Assembly (NCBI GenBank): GCA_013239625.1
Contig: MU053810.1
Location: 1,437,518-1,501,517, forward strand
Length of the DNA: 64,000 bases
Direction: 5' to 3'
From: Lama guanicoe
Taxonomy: Eukaryota
Positions 1 through 13,712 of this stretch are shown here, piece after piece (the stretch's first letter is position 1; the number at the start of each line of letters is the position of its first letter). The position numbers and the translations under genes were made by a program. Below the pieces are notes generated by a model. It was not told the origin of the DNA. It ran no database searches and worked only from the letters and a program-made list of their open reading frames with translations.

Positions 1-2474
1 GGGTGTAACAAACTCTCTCACCAGCTTCTTGTTTTGGGGATGAGGGAAAAGGAGTTCAGACATTTATGAGACTTTTATTTCTTTCCTTCTAATCAGTGGT
101 TATTTTGAAATAGTTACATGGTAAGTTTGGTCATCTCTTAGGCTAGGAAAAATTAACATAATTTACATATATATCCTGTATTGACGAGTATAAAAACGTA
201 TATGTTTAGTGGAATTAATTGTTATATCTCAAGACAGAGTCAGTATTAATCAAGTTTAAAAATATTTTCAGGTTTCTTTGGGATAAAATATGTATAAACT
301 GCAACATTCTTTAGTTATCAGAAAGGCGTATTTATATTTTTTAATTGACTGAGTTATTCTATGTTTGAAAGCTAGTGTTTCTTATTCCAGCCAAAAGCAT
401 TTGTTTGTATCTGCCGGAGCACCTACCACAGAGCCTGGCACATAGTAGGGGCCAAATGAATATTTGTTGATTGTCAGACTAATAATACTGTACACAATTA
501 TTATTAGTTATTTTCATTTGATATTTAATGTTGTCCAGTACTTCAAGAGGTTTTATTAATGCAAAGCTAGCATTTATTTACTGTAGGAAAAATACCCAAA
601 ATGGAAAATGTCATGAAAGCTGATTTTTCAGTTTTATATTCTTTTAAATCCATAATACAATTAGAAAATTACAAACATAAGCAATTAATACCATTGCCAG
701 AATGACTTCATCCCACAGAGCACTGCATGCTTCTTTGTTTTGAGATTTTTCACACAAAAGAGTGGAGAATGGATGAATCCTAGTCAGACTGCAGTATATT
801 TCTCCAAACTTATCTTGTGCTAACTCTCAATAAACTTCCTTTTTATGTTATTGTACCCAGTCTTTATCACTCACAATCATACAGCCACGTTTACTGATTA
901 AAACTCCGTGTCCTGTCTTTACTGGCCATCTGGTGCCGCCTCTGCCTTCAGTGTCCAGCTAAGGTCCTCTGTCTTCCAGGAAGCCTTCCCTCCAGCACTC
1001 AGCCTGCAGTGCACGCTGTCCTCTGAATTCTCATGGAAGCAATCATGCTTATAACACACTTAACATCCTTTGTATTTTGAGATTATTGGCTAAGTCTCCT
1101 GTGTATACATTTGACCACTCTGGTTAGGTTGATTTTTAGGGATATGTACAACCACAGTTCAGCCCTGTTGTATGAAGCCCACCAGGAGGGATTAAGCAAA
1201 TGGCCCAAGTTCACAGCTTTACAGCAGGAATGGAGTAACTTTCTGTCCCCCAGTGTTTCCCCTTCACGGCTGCCTACCCAGAGAGTACAGGTCTTTGCAC
1301 ACCTTGTGTCCATGTCAGTGCTAAGCATGGTACCTCATGTGTAATACATTTTGGGTTTGTTGTTGTTGTTTTGTGGTAAACTTGATGTAGAACATCCATC
1401 CCACTACAGATTTTAAGAATATTTTCTCATTGATTTGCTAGAGAGATGTTTGTGCAAATGTGCTTTCATGAGGTGAACAAATAGTTGTGTTTTTCAAGGT
1501 TATTTGACAACAGTCTGTCTATTCATGTGTTTTGACAGTCTCACCACAACCAACTCATTTGGCTAAACAAGGTCTGTGTTGATAGAAACAGAAAAGAGGG
1601 GAGGAAGCTTAGACAATTGAGTTAATTTACAATTTTTAAAGAAAGATAAAGGTGTATTGTATTTACCCATAGCCTACCCTCTTGACACCACCACTCAGAA
1701 AAAAAACTGGAGACATATATATATATTCAAACCTGTGATGTGGATCGGTGCCTACAAAATCAGCTGGAAGTGTATGGGAAGCAGGGAGAAGGGGGAGGGG
1801 ATGCTGGCAAAGAAGAGTTCACTGTTGTACAATAAGGTCATTTATTTGAATCTGTATTCAAAAAGGTGTTTCCTTTTAAATATTCACAAGATGTTCTGGC
1901 ATTTTGAGCCAAAAAGGGAGACCTTTAACAGATGCTGGGTGAGAGCCAGGACTTCTGCCCCTCGCCTTCCACTTGTTATAAGCCCTTTCAGTAACGTATA
2001 ACCGAGGAGAGCATGGTGTCTTAGGTGCTGGAAAGCAAATCACCCAAATACCCGTTTTCACTTCTTTTAGTGAAAGTCAAACTTCATGAAACTACACACC
2101 TTGAAGTTTCCCTCTTGATGAGGTATTTTTTCCCAACACAAATCCTTTCCCTGAAATCTTTGGCAAAAGTTGTGTAGTAGAGTCAGAAACTCAAGCAGAT
2201 TCTGAGATTGGCCTTAACTCCCATTGCTACCAGTGAAATTCAGCTTGAGGCATCTGCCGTCATCTGGAGGTGGAGGTAGGGGGCGGGGGCAGGGAGCGGA
2301 ACACAGAGGAGATGGTGTAAGTCTGACAAAGTATTATTAAACCTCCTTGAAGTTGTTAGAGAGAGGCAAGACTGAATATGTGGCCTGTTGCCCTTCACTG
2401 GCCTCACCTTCGTCCTCTGTCCCATCCCTCACTCATCGTCATGCACTTCTCACACCACCTGGCCTTAGATTACA

Positions 2475-3485
2475 GTGATGGTAGTTAACATGCATTGAGG
2501 ACTTCCTAGGCCGTAGACACTAAGCACTTTTTTTGTTTTACATGTATTAACTCATTAACCCCTTTAGCAGTTACAGTTCTCCAGGTATATATCTCCTGTT
2601 GGTTCTGTTTCATTACATATGTACGGAATTGGATCATGCAATTACTGAGGCTAAGAAGTCCCATGATTCACTGTCTGCAAGCTCAAGACCTGGGGAAGGT
2701 GGTGGTATAATACAAGTGGAGTCTGAGGGCCTGAGAAATATGGTAGCTGATGATATAAATCCCAGTCCAAGGGCAGGAGAAGGTGAGATGTGATGTCCCA
2801 GCTAACGTAGTGAGGCAGGGAAAAAGGGATGAATTCCTTCTTCCTCTGCCTTTTGTTTTGTTTGGGCCCTCAGTGGATTGGATGATGCCCATCCACACTG
2901 ATCATCTACCTTGCTGAGTCTTCCAATCCAAATGCTGATCTATCCAGAAACATCCTCATCACCGCAATTTCCATTGCTGTTACTCTGTAACCTAGAGAGT
3001 AGGAACAGCTCAAAGATTTACGGATTTTGCCTTAAGCAAGAAGGCCAGACAAGTCATAATTAAATGGATTCAAGAAATAAAAACATATCATATCCTAGAA
3101 ACTAGGGCTGCCGCAAGGGCGGACTGTGCAAGAATCAGAATCCAGAAAGGTTTTCTCCATGACTTCCTGTACTCGGCAGGAGATACTCCACTAGCAGGAA
3201 GGCAATCCCAATGATTTCTCACACATAGTGGGAAAAGATATGGGACGCCTCAGTGAGAAGCCTCTACCCACTGTCCACCTCCAGAAATAACGTTTAATCT
3301 TGTCACTGTGTGGCAAGACAACACGTAAAACTGACCGTCACAATCTCCACAGATCGCTAAGTAGACACATTATTATTCCCTTTTCACAGTTAATGGTTTG
3401 GAGGTCCGGAGTAGTTGAACAATCTGCCCCAAAGCATAGTTTATAAATGGTGGAGACAGGATTCACACTCAGTCTGGCTCCAGAA
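2475..3485 (-). mobile_element. MIR SINE split by the MLT2 LTR (pieces ~2475-2562 and ~3345-3485)
   Basis: TTTTACATGTATTAACTCATTAACC before the LTR. ATTATTATTCCCTTTTCACAG...GGATTCACACTCAGTCTGGCTCCAGA after it. Confidence 0.65.
2563..3342 (-). mobile_element. MLT2-family (ERVL) solo LTR, interrupted by a ~320 bp insert
   Basis: Typical MLT2 segments GAGGCTAAGAAGTCCCATGAT...GGATTGGATGATGCCCATCCACAC...CCAGAAACATCCTCA. The match resumes at CCAGAAATAACGTTTAA...AAACTGACCGTCACA. Confidence 0.8.
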
Positions 3486-4784
3486 ATTGTTTTCTGAACT
3501 ATGTTTAGCTGCCTTTCTTTCAAGATGTGCATTCCATTGCAATACTGACGATGATAAATGACGACATAGATACCCATTGATAAGACATGTGCTTTGAGTT
3601 ATTTTTCAGTGAGTTTAATGGTTGGCACTGAGCTAAGGCCTTTACACCCTCTTCTTGTTCCTCTGAGTAGGAGCATCCTCATGGAGGTGGCTGCCTGAAG
3701 CTGGAAGAATGGTCTGGAGCTATGGAGCATTAGGGTGGTGGTGTTAAGTCTCGGGCAATTATTAATATCCTCTTTAGATGTTTGAATGTTTAGAGAGCAC
3801 TCTTCCAATCTGAGTCTGCTTCAAAGTATAATTGAAGGGTCAGATGATTTGCTTCTTACTCAACCTTGTCATAATGAAGAGAATCCACTCCTTACCTGCA
3901 AATAGAAAACCTGAAATTAAATTATTATTTATTATAGGAAAGGAGAACACAAAAGCACAAACTTATTTTTTTTCCCTTTCCCTTTGAAATATGTTTCCTT
4001 CCTTTACTGTGGAGACAAAAGATTATTAGAAAACTTTTTTTTTCATGTGCAAGACTTCCTGGCTTTAATATTTCATAAATTTGAAACGTTATGAATTTTA
4101 TGGCTTAGTAGTTCTTGAGGAAGTGTTTATGTTTTCTGTTTATTTTTCTGAGAGCATTTAGAAGAAAGGAAATACTTTAACTCTCATTTGTTATGTTGTA
4201 ACAGTTCCCAAGCATTCCAATTTATTCTTTAGAACCTCCTGTTAGTGTGAAGTTGGACGCCTTATTATTTTAGGGACATTTTTAAGCTTTCATGTTGTTC
4301 TTTCCTGGCAGCTTCTAAAACTTCCAGCATTAACTTGAATATTGCAGTTCTGAAATTCAGTGAAAATCATTTAGGACTTGATTATTCCCTTTAGAAACCA
4401 ACGTAGTGACCAAGTGCACATGTCTTCACTCTCATTACCTCATTTGCTTGTAATCATCAGGGAAAAAAAATCTGAACAAGAAATTTTCCAGAAATTACTA
4501 ATTTAAATATTTAAAACTTAGAAAGTATATATGGTTGATAAACATTTCTTTGTTTCAAAAAGGATACGTGAAGCACAAACTAACCACTTTGTTTCTTGGT
4601 TGCAGTAGAGAAGCATATTCTGGAGGGCCAAAATAATATAACAGCTGTGACTTCGTTTATAGGACTTCTCCCTCTCACCTTAAATTCAACAAAACTTAGC
4701 AAACATATTTAATGAAAACCTCTAGAATTTCCCCCGTTCTCAGTTAAGATTGCAGAAATGAGTAAGACCACCCACGTAAACAGT

Positions 4785-5885
4785 GCTCAGATCAAAATGT
4801 AGATCAGGAGCCGCCCCCCCCCCGAAACCTCCCTCATGGTTTCTCATGATTCTTCCCATCATTACTGCTCCCTTCTTCCCAAAGGTAATTACTCTTTTGA
4901 CTCCTCACTCCATATGTGAGTTACTGTACTTTTCGAAGAAAAATGGATGATATATATTATCTTGTGTCTTTTTGTTCAATTTTTTATTTGTGAAATTCAT
5001 TCGTTGTTGCATTTTGCTGTAGTTTTCATTGTTGTAAAGTATTAGCCATATGGATATTCTGAAAATGATTTATCCATTGTACTATTCATGGACATTTTGG
5101 TCTGTTTCTAATTTAGATAGTTTGGAGTTACATGAAGAACGGTGCTATGAACATTCTTGGACGTGCTTCTTGGTAAACATGTATAGGTACTTTTGCTATG
5201 TATGCACCTAAGAATGGAAACATGCCTGACGATAAATGAATGTTTAGCTTTAATGCAAACTGCCAGTGAGTTTTCACAAGTTTCTGTATCAATTTAGTAT
5301 CCCACTAGCATGACAGATTCTGCTGTGCCACATCTTTTCCAGCATTTGTCACTGTCATTTTAAATTGCGGTCATTCTATTGTGTACCTCATGTGGTTTTC
5401 ATTTTCATTTTCCTTCATCTTTAATGAGGGCAAGACCTCTTAATTTTTGGCCACTTAAACTCCCTAGACGTTCTTAATCAGTTTTCTTGCTAATTTTTCT
5501 ATTGGGTTGTCAAACTTAACCTATTTGTAAAAACCCTTTGAATAGTCTTCATTACAAACTCATTGTTGGATAGATGTGTTGCAAATACTTTCTCTTAGTC
5601 TTAGTCATCTTTTGATGAGCAAAAATTTCTAGTTTTAATGCAGTCCTCTTTCATTTTATGGCCAGTGAGTTTGGTGTCTAATTTGAGAAATGCATTTGTA
5701 CTCTGACATTGTGAAGATGTTCTCCTATGTTATCTTCTAGATCCTTGATTGTTTTACCTTTCACATTTAGCTCTCAAACCCACCATTCTATTTTTTTGTG
5801 AGCTGGGTTAGGTACGGGCTAAGTGTCAATTGTATTTTCCAGTTGGCCTGCACATTTAATGACAAAACCATCCTTTCCACACATC
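4785..5885 (-). mobile_element. Ancient L1 (L1M-type) 3' portion, antisense
   Basis: T-rich decayed L1 motifs such as GCTATGAACATTCTTG, TGTTGCAAATACTTTCTC and TTTTACCTTTCACATTTAG. Confidence 0.7.
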
Positions 5886-6559
5886 ATCAGTTACTAAATT
5901 ATGGCTTCATGTAACAACATTGATAAACAACAGAAAAATACAATTAAGCCAAAAAAAGCAAGTTGCAGAAGAACATACAGACTGTGAGCTCAGTGAAATA
6001 TAGATTAAAACTTGCTGTGAACACGTTATAAATAATAACCTGTTTGGGGCCACAGCTTTGAAACTATAAAGAAAGTGAAGGTAGTAATAACATATTTGGG
6101 AAAGGGGCTGGCTCTTAGCAGGGAGGACAAAGGGCAGTATGGTAAGTGGCTCAGAGGAGACTTGAAAGGCCCTGGTGAGTGTTCATTTCATTATGATTAT
6201 TTTCATACATTACAAATTTTTTTGATCTACTCAGTGTTGAAGAGAAATTTAAATGGTGACTGGGAAATTACCCAAGGGCAACCAAAGAGTTTTAATTTCA
6301 GCTTGTACCCCTGCTTCACACCTCTTCATTGTCTAAGTCCCTCTTCACACCTCTTCATTGTCTACCCTTCAGGGTTCTCCTTACTTTCTCATAGCTTAGC
6401 TGTATATTCAAGAAGGTGTTTGTTATACTTTGCCCAGTATTGCTAAGTTTTCTGTTGGGAGGTTTTCCAGGATATGTATTTTTCCACTTTGCAAGAAACT
6501 GAAGCCCTCCCATGCACCCCTTCGTCTCTCCAATCCGGGCTCCAGTCCTCCCTGCCCCC

Positions 6560-8140
6560 GCATCGTGTGGAAACTGTTCTTGTCAAAGACAAAATGTTTT
6601 CCAGGTTAGCCAGTCCTACAGATACTTTCTTTCTCTACTCAATTCACTGAATTTAATTTTCTACTGAATTCATTCAGAACAATTGACAGCTCCCTGTGTG
6701 TTGGTATATTTTCCTTTCTTTGCTGCTATGAAAGCACAATGTTTGAATTTTAGAAGAGTAGGACACTATTACTACCCACTGGACTCTTTTTCTCAGCTTC
6801 ATTCTCTGTCTCCTCTTCTGCTGATACCTAAATGTCGGGGGTCTCAGGCTTCAGGACTGGACGGGCCCTTTTATCTCTTCTGTCTACATAATCTTATCAG
6901 TCCCATAACTTTAACTCAACTCACCAATAGCTCCCAAATGTATATCCCCAGCCCTGCTCTCCCATTTTAGGGCCAGATTGGTATATCTGATTGCTTGACA
7001 CTTCCATCTGGATGTCTAATAGACACCTCAGATTAGCGTTACAAAAATAGTTCTTGATTTTCCAAGCCTCCTCAAGCCAGTTGGTATCAGTGGAGATTGA
7101 ATTCAGCTGAAAATAAAAGAATCAGTAAAAGTGGCTTAAAAATATACATTTTATTTCTCTCTGAGAGTTGCTCTGAAGGCTTCTTTTTATGTTTCTGATT
7201 CATCATCTTGGCAGGTGCTTCCATCTTTTAAACCGTTTCAATATCCTTGGTGGTCTTGGCATGCCCAGGTTTCAGGAAGGAAGATGAGGAAAGAGAAAAG
7301 GGAATATCACTTAGCTTGAAACAACCTTTTCAGAAATCTCACACATTATTTCCAGTTATATCTTGTTGGCCAGAACTGAGCCAGTGGGCATACACCTAGC
7401 TGCATAGCTGGACCCACTTCCATCTTCAATAAACTCAGAATGTTGTTACCAAAGAAGGAGAGATTTGGAACTGTGTGGCAGGTAGAGGTCTCTTCCACAT
7501 GATTTCTGCTTTCGTTCTGCTCAGAACTCTTGTCCACATCGTGGTTCAAATAAAAATCCTATGGTCATTCTTGATTCCTCCCCACTTCTAATTGATCAGC
7601 CTGTCCTCTTATGTTCGAGATGTACTGTGGAAACAAAACTATCCCTTTCTCCTTTTCTCCACTATCCCCTTATTATAAGCCATCATCATCTCCTGGGTAA
7701 ATGTACGATTGCAGTGGACTCCTGTGAGGTCTCTTTTCTTCCAGTCTTTATCACCCATCCTCTTTAAAGCAGCCAGTGTGGTTTGGTTTTGCCTGTTTGC
7801 TTCTTTCCTCAGTAAAGCCACGTCCGCTTCCTACGTAAGAGCTTTCAGTGGCTTCCTATTGTACGTAAAGTAAAAACCAGCTTCTTCACAGTGGCCTGCA
7901 CGAGCATCTCACCCTCTGCCCACCTTTTCCAGCCGCGAAAGCACATCCAGGTCTTGCCACTTCAGGACTCTTGTGCCAGAACATGCTCCTTCCAGCTGTT
8001 TGGAATTTTGTTTGTCGTCTGTCTCCCACCACTGGAACATAGGCTCCATGAGAAAAGGAGCTTGTCAGAACTTTTCTCCCATTTTACCCGCACCTGGAGC
8101 AAGAACTGCCTGCCTCCCAGTGGTGCTCAGTGAACAAATC
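6560..8140 (+). mobile_element. L2 LINE fragments interrupted by an MLT1-type LTR fragment (~7085-7480)
   Basis: L2 motifs CTCCCAAATGTATATCCCCAGCCC, CCATCTGGATGTCTAATAGACACCTCA and AGGCTCCATGAG. MLT1-like TTGGCCAGAACTGAG...CCTAGCTGCA in between. Confidence 0.65.
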
Positions 8141-9490
8141 TATTTGTGGGCTATATGAAATTTTTATTTCTTATTATGGCTTATATTCTAAATATTCTGA
8201 ATAGTCCATAATGACCATGAGGTTTGAATGTTAAAAAGGTTTACTTTAATGACAACATTAAATAATTAGTAGCGTATAATTATTACATCTGAAGTTAATT
8301 AAAGTCTACTAATACTTTACAGCAGCACTGATAATATGTAAAATGTGGGCTAGGAACAGCAGGTAAAACACATCAGGCACTCACTGTAACCTCAAGAAGC
8401 TTACAATTCAGGAACTTAGGAATAAGCATAGCTATTTATATTCTAACCCAGACCCTGGTAAGCACTAAGATACATAAATCAGATGCGAGTTTATGATTTA
8501 TGTAATAAATCACACTGGTACAGCTAATACACTGTACTGTAGAAACATGGTCTCCCATGCAGCGGTTACATAGGCAAATTCAAGTTGTGGCTTGTTGTTG
8601 CAGCAAAAAGTTTCTTCAATACTGATTGACATTTTTGTTATTGTTTACCCCAGAAGCAAACTGAAAACAAAAATAATAAAAAACACTACTCCCTGAAGCA
8701 GGTTTCCGAGCGTACCAGCCATTACTTTGTAGGTACGGGGGGAGTTCTTTCCCAGCACGTGGCCTACGTGCTATTTAGCTTACTTCAGAGAACGTGAGCA
8801 GCGTGCCCCGAATGTGCTGATTAATTTGATTTTTTAAAATTATATTAATAGCCTCAGGGAAGGGCACCATTAGAAAATCAAAGTAGAAAAACTTTTAAGA
8901 CCTCCAGAGAGTCCTAGAGGTCGGGTATAAGTGAATTAAAAAGGGAAACAATAAACTCAGTTTATTTTAGAGAATAAATGCCTCATGACATTGAGAGGTG
9001 TTCAGTAAGCTGTTAATATATTAGTCTTGCTTCTTATAAATAAAGTGTTGCAGAATTCAGTAATGCTATGTTATTTTAAATTCACTTTGATGATTTATCT
9101 TCTATTTTCTTAGTTATTTCTTGAGAGGTATTTATAGTTATAGTTTTATTAATATGAGGCATACTAGATATAAACTACTTAGTAATAATAGATACCCTTT
9201 AATGTACAGTGCACTCTGAAAAGGTTTCAATGTGCAAACAGTGTACTCTGTAAAGGTTAAGGGATATTTAATATCTCATTTTTCCTATATTCTGTATAAA
9301 GCCTAAACATTGCTGGGTTCATCTTGAGTATTTAATATTTATTCATTTTGTTATAATTTTGAGAAAACACTGTATTGAGTATTATAAATGAAAGTATTCT
9401 CCACTCTGTCATTTATTAAATGGAATAGTCTAGCTGGTTTTTCATATACTACATAACTGCTAAGTTTTCCCCTAGTTGTAAATCGTATAG

Positions 9491-9705
9491 TTTTCTTTCT
9501 TTCTCTGCCCCTCTCCTTCTTTCTCTCCTTCTTGTTCTTTCTCATTCTTTCTCTCTGCCTCTGTATCTGTCTTTCCTTCTTTTCCCCTTCCTTCGTTCCT
9601 TCCTTCCTCCCTTCCCTTCCCTGTCCTTCCTTCCTTTCCTTTCCTTCGTTCGTTTGTTTGTTCGTTCGTTCGTTCGTTCCTTCCTTCCTTCCTTCCTTCC
9701 TTCCT
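9491..9705. repeat. Compound pyrimidine-rich microsatellite (TTCC/TTCG/TTTG/CT)
   Basis: Directly visible low-complexity tract. Confidence 0.95.
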
Positions 9706-11009
9706 GGGTCTGTGAGCATCCTTTCCCAGTTCTACATATAATCATCCACTCACAAATATTTATTGAATGCCTACCACTAAAATACCAGCTGTTGTTTCAC
9801 TTACTAGGATTCAGCAGTGAGTGAACAAGAATAAGCAATGAACAACCAACTCTTTGCATTTTGGGGGAGTTCAGAGTTTGTAGTCCTGTGAGGCAAGACT
9901 GATTCATTCACTTGTTCTTCCACGGTGCCTAGAAGAGGGCATTTATTCTGTTGATACTTTAAGGGAAAAGCAACGAATACTTTGAAAAAGCAGTTTTGTC
10001 CTTGATGAACTATGAACACTGGATGGCCTCAGAGAGATTGAACCAAGGAGACAAAGAGTAGGTAATTAAAGGCAATTTCTGTTTTTTTTTAACGTGTTCA
10101 CCTTCCATAGACTTTTCATTTTCACAAATTATACACTAATGTCCCTAAACACCTTTCATTACTCTGAATTCAGACCTTTATATGTGTAGCTGACAAACAT
10201 CTCAAGCTGTCTTCAAAAAAGGACTTTCCCAGACTGTAGTTCAATTTCAGTAACATCACCATTCATGCCTACCAGTTTTTGTAATTATTTTAACGTTACT
10301 ATTTTGTCTTCATCATTTTATGAAAAATATGAAAAGTGGAAAGCATGCTAACTCAGTGGGCAAGAAGTATGACTCATGAACCGAATATATTTGAAGTAAC
10401 AGTAGAAAATTTAAAATTTGAAAAAATTATGTTGTAATCAGATTCTCAGTAGATTGAAGTTTACTATGTATTTGCTTGTCAAAACAAATTTAAGAACGTG
10501 TGGAATGTTGGAATTTCATCATTAATGATTTCTAACAACAACAAAAGAAAGGATAGCTTTATTCTTTAAACTCTGAGAAGAGAAACTCTTCCTGTATTTG
10601 CCTAATATTTGACTGCCATACATGAGGTTTTCACACATGTTACCAGAAACGCATGAAGTGTTAAAGTGAGCCCACAAGTGGGGGTGTCTGGGAAACACTT
10701 GGTGGTGGTATTGCCACTCTGCACCAACAATACACCTTTCCTTTATTTCTCCTTTTTCCTTTTCTTCTTCCAGAACCTTGATTGTTCCTATATGCCTTTT
10801 CTCTGCTAATGCATTAGGCCTGTTAGTGACACCTAAAGGGACCCTCAGGCATTGCAGACCTCATACTAGAGCTAGAAAAGCTGGAGTGGGTTAACTTCTA
10901 CGAATTTTAAATACTTGATAATTTTTGAACCTGTGTGCTTTTTTTCTTTCATTTTTTAAGAATGCTCCATAGAGTTTGAGGAGATCTGTTACCCTTAGAA
11001 ATGCTTGAC

Positions 11010-11226
11010 TGGCATAGCATGGCATAGAGGGAGACGTGTATGTGTAATAATACTGGATTAAAAACTTAGCTGTGTCATTAATCAGCTGCATAACCCTGAG
11101 CTACTTATATACTTAGAAAGGCAGTTTCTTTCTTTATAAAATGTGTATTAAAATACTGATCACTCATTGTGAAGATTAGATATAGATGTATACAAAGCAT
11201 CTGCATATAGTAGATATTCAATAAAT
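11010..11226 (+). mobile_element. MIR SINE
   Basis: AGCATGGCATAGAG...TAGCTGTGT...CAGTTTCTT...TGTGAAGATTAGA...TAGTAGATATTCAATAAAT. Confidence 0.6.
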
Positions 11227-12738
11227 CATATTATTGCCGTGATGCTAAATATCGTGATTATTTTTCCTATTATACTGGAGTAAATTACTATTATATTTAA
11301 AACATGGATACAATTTAATGAAAGTAAAAATTCTCCCTTTAAAAAACTTAAAAGTGAGGCAAGATCAAGACAGCAGAGTAGAAGGACATAGAGCTCACCT
11401 ACCCCCACAAACACATCAAAAATACATCCACATGTGCAACAGTTCTCACAATAAACCAACTGAAAACTGGTAGACCTCTTACACGACCAAAGCTGCAAGA
11501 AAAAGCCCCGCACAACCATGTAAGACCCCCCAAAAATGCATTTTGCCAGGACTGGGGCCTCTGGGAGGGAGCTGTGAGAAAGGAAAGGTTCCCTTTCCCT
11601 GGGAACCCCCCTCACTGGCTGGGAGGTCCACTGTGACAGACAGAGGGGAGTCTGGTCTCTGCTTGCAAGGAGTATGCACATGCTGACTGGCTAGCATTCA
11701 GGACAGAGAGAGACGGGTGCTTGCGGCTGCCACTTTCCAGCCCAAAACATGTGCCAGGTGGTGCTGAGACTCGGCCTCGCAGGCAGACTCTGGGACAGGA
11801 CTCAGTCTAGCTGTGCAGACAGCCCAGTGGGCCTGGACTGTGGTCCAGACTGCTGTTGTCAGCATTTGCACAGCAGGGAGCAGCTCTGGCGGCAGGCTTT
11901 GTGAGTGCACACACAGCAGAGGCAGGGCTGAAATCAGAACCCATTAGCAGTGCTTCCACGGTCAGGGTGGGTCCAGCCAGCAGTAGGGGACTTTGTTGGT
12001 GCAACACTGGGTGGCAGGCAGTGTCAGAGATTCACATGTGCCTTGCAGACAGCCCTGGGTAGGAGTATGCAGCTGTCCCTTTCCCAGCAGAGCACTCCAC
12101 TTCCACCTGCCTCACACTGAGCTAGGAGCCAGATCTGGAGCAGGTAGTCCCTGGAAGAGTCTTGACATAGAGGCAGCACAACCACCTTGATTTCTGCAGT
12201 CACAGTGCCCTGGCCTGCAGCTCTAGCCTATCATTAAGTCTGAGAACTACAATGGAGAAAGGGATGAACACTGAACTGCCTCTAGGTAGAAGTGAGGACA
12301 CCTGCATGATCAGTGCATAGGTTCATTGTGACCACACAAGCCTCACTAGCTTCAATGCTCACCCCTTTGGGGACAGAACACACACTTAAGGCTCTGTTTC
12401 ACCTATTGATCCTAACCCTCAGAGCTTCTACTCCAACAACTGGGGAGCAGACCCCACTCCCAACAGGACTGCGACAGCCATAGCAAATAGGGGGCCCCAC
12501 CCAGCTTCCAGTGCAGGCAATGTCACCACACACCAATTACACAATCTATTAAGGAGGTAATGGCCAGCACACTCTGCAGAAAGACATGGCAGGCATTGCT
12601 ACCAAAAACAGCCTCTGCACCAAAAATATTGGACTCACACTATCTACACAGGGACGCTGCTACATAAAAACAGCCCTTCAAGACTACAGTAGATAAGTGT
12701 TTCTCCTATATTCATAGAGACAGAGAAATTGAAGTAAA

Positions 12739-13712
12739 ATGAAAAACCAGAGGAAATAAACCCAATTAAAAGAGCAAGAGAAATCCCCTGAAAGAAGAAA
12801 AAATGAAACAGATCTGTTTAGTCTACTAGACTCCCAAGTTCAGAAAGAAGGTAATAAAAATGCTAAAGGAATTAAGAAAGCTTATCAATAGAAATGCAGA
12901 TCACTGTACAAGGAACTAGAAGCTATAAAGAAGAATCAAGCAAAACTAGACAGCTGCCAACGTAAAAATTGAGCTAAAAGCAATGAATAGCAGACTGAAT
13001 AATGCAGAAGAATGATTAAGTGATCTGGAAGATAGAATAATGGAAATCATCCAATCAAAATAGCAGACAAAGACAAAAATTTAAAAAAATATGAAAGCAA
13101 CATATGAGATCTATGGGATAATATAAAAAGTATGCCAACCTACACATAATAGGGGTTCCAGATAGAGAAGAAACAAGGATCAAAATGTATTTGAAGAAAT
13201 TATGGCTCAAAACTTCCCAAGCCTAAAGAAGGAAACATATCCAGATAGAGGTACCACAGAGGGTCCCAGACAAGATGTACCCAAACAGATCTGCACCAAG
13301 ACATACAATTAAAATGGCAAAAGTTAAAGATAAATGGAGGATTCTCAAGGCAGCAAGAGGAAAACAAAGAGTCATTTACAGGGGAATCCCCATAAAGCTA
13401 TCAGCTGATTTCTCTACCAAAACTTTGCAGTCCAGAGGGGAATGGAATGATACATTCCAAGTCCTCAAAGGAGAAAACCTGCAACCTAGGATAATCTACC
13501 CAGCAAGATTTTCATTTAGAATAGGAGAAACAAAGAGTTTCTCAGCCAAGCAAAGACTAAAAGAATACAGCAATTCTAAACCTAACCTAAAAGAAATTGA
13601 AAGGTCTTCTCTAAATAGAAAAGAAGCCAAAATCTATAGGAAAGGTAAAAACACAACAGGAAAGGCAAATTATGAAAATACTGAAGATCACTTAAATAAA
13701 CCAGTACATTGA
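12739..13712 (+). pseudogene. L1 ORF1p remnant (frameshifted)
   Basis: ORF 13275-13712 carries ORF1p C-terminal motifs RILKAAR, IKLSADFS, WNDTF and PRIIYPARFSF. Probable original ATG at 12739. Confidence 0.88.

Noticed and set aside
9351..9745. K/E/R-rich and F/S/L-rich ORFs
   Set aside because: They are translations of the microsatellite.
1..11000. Terminal exons of MALRD1, the upstream neighbour of PLXDC2 in human
   Set aside because: I recognised no MALRD1-like coding sequence, so it probably lies outside the window.
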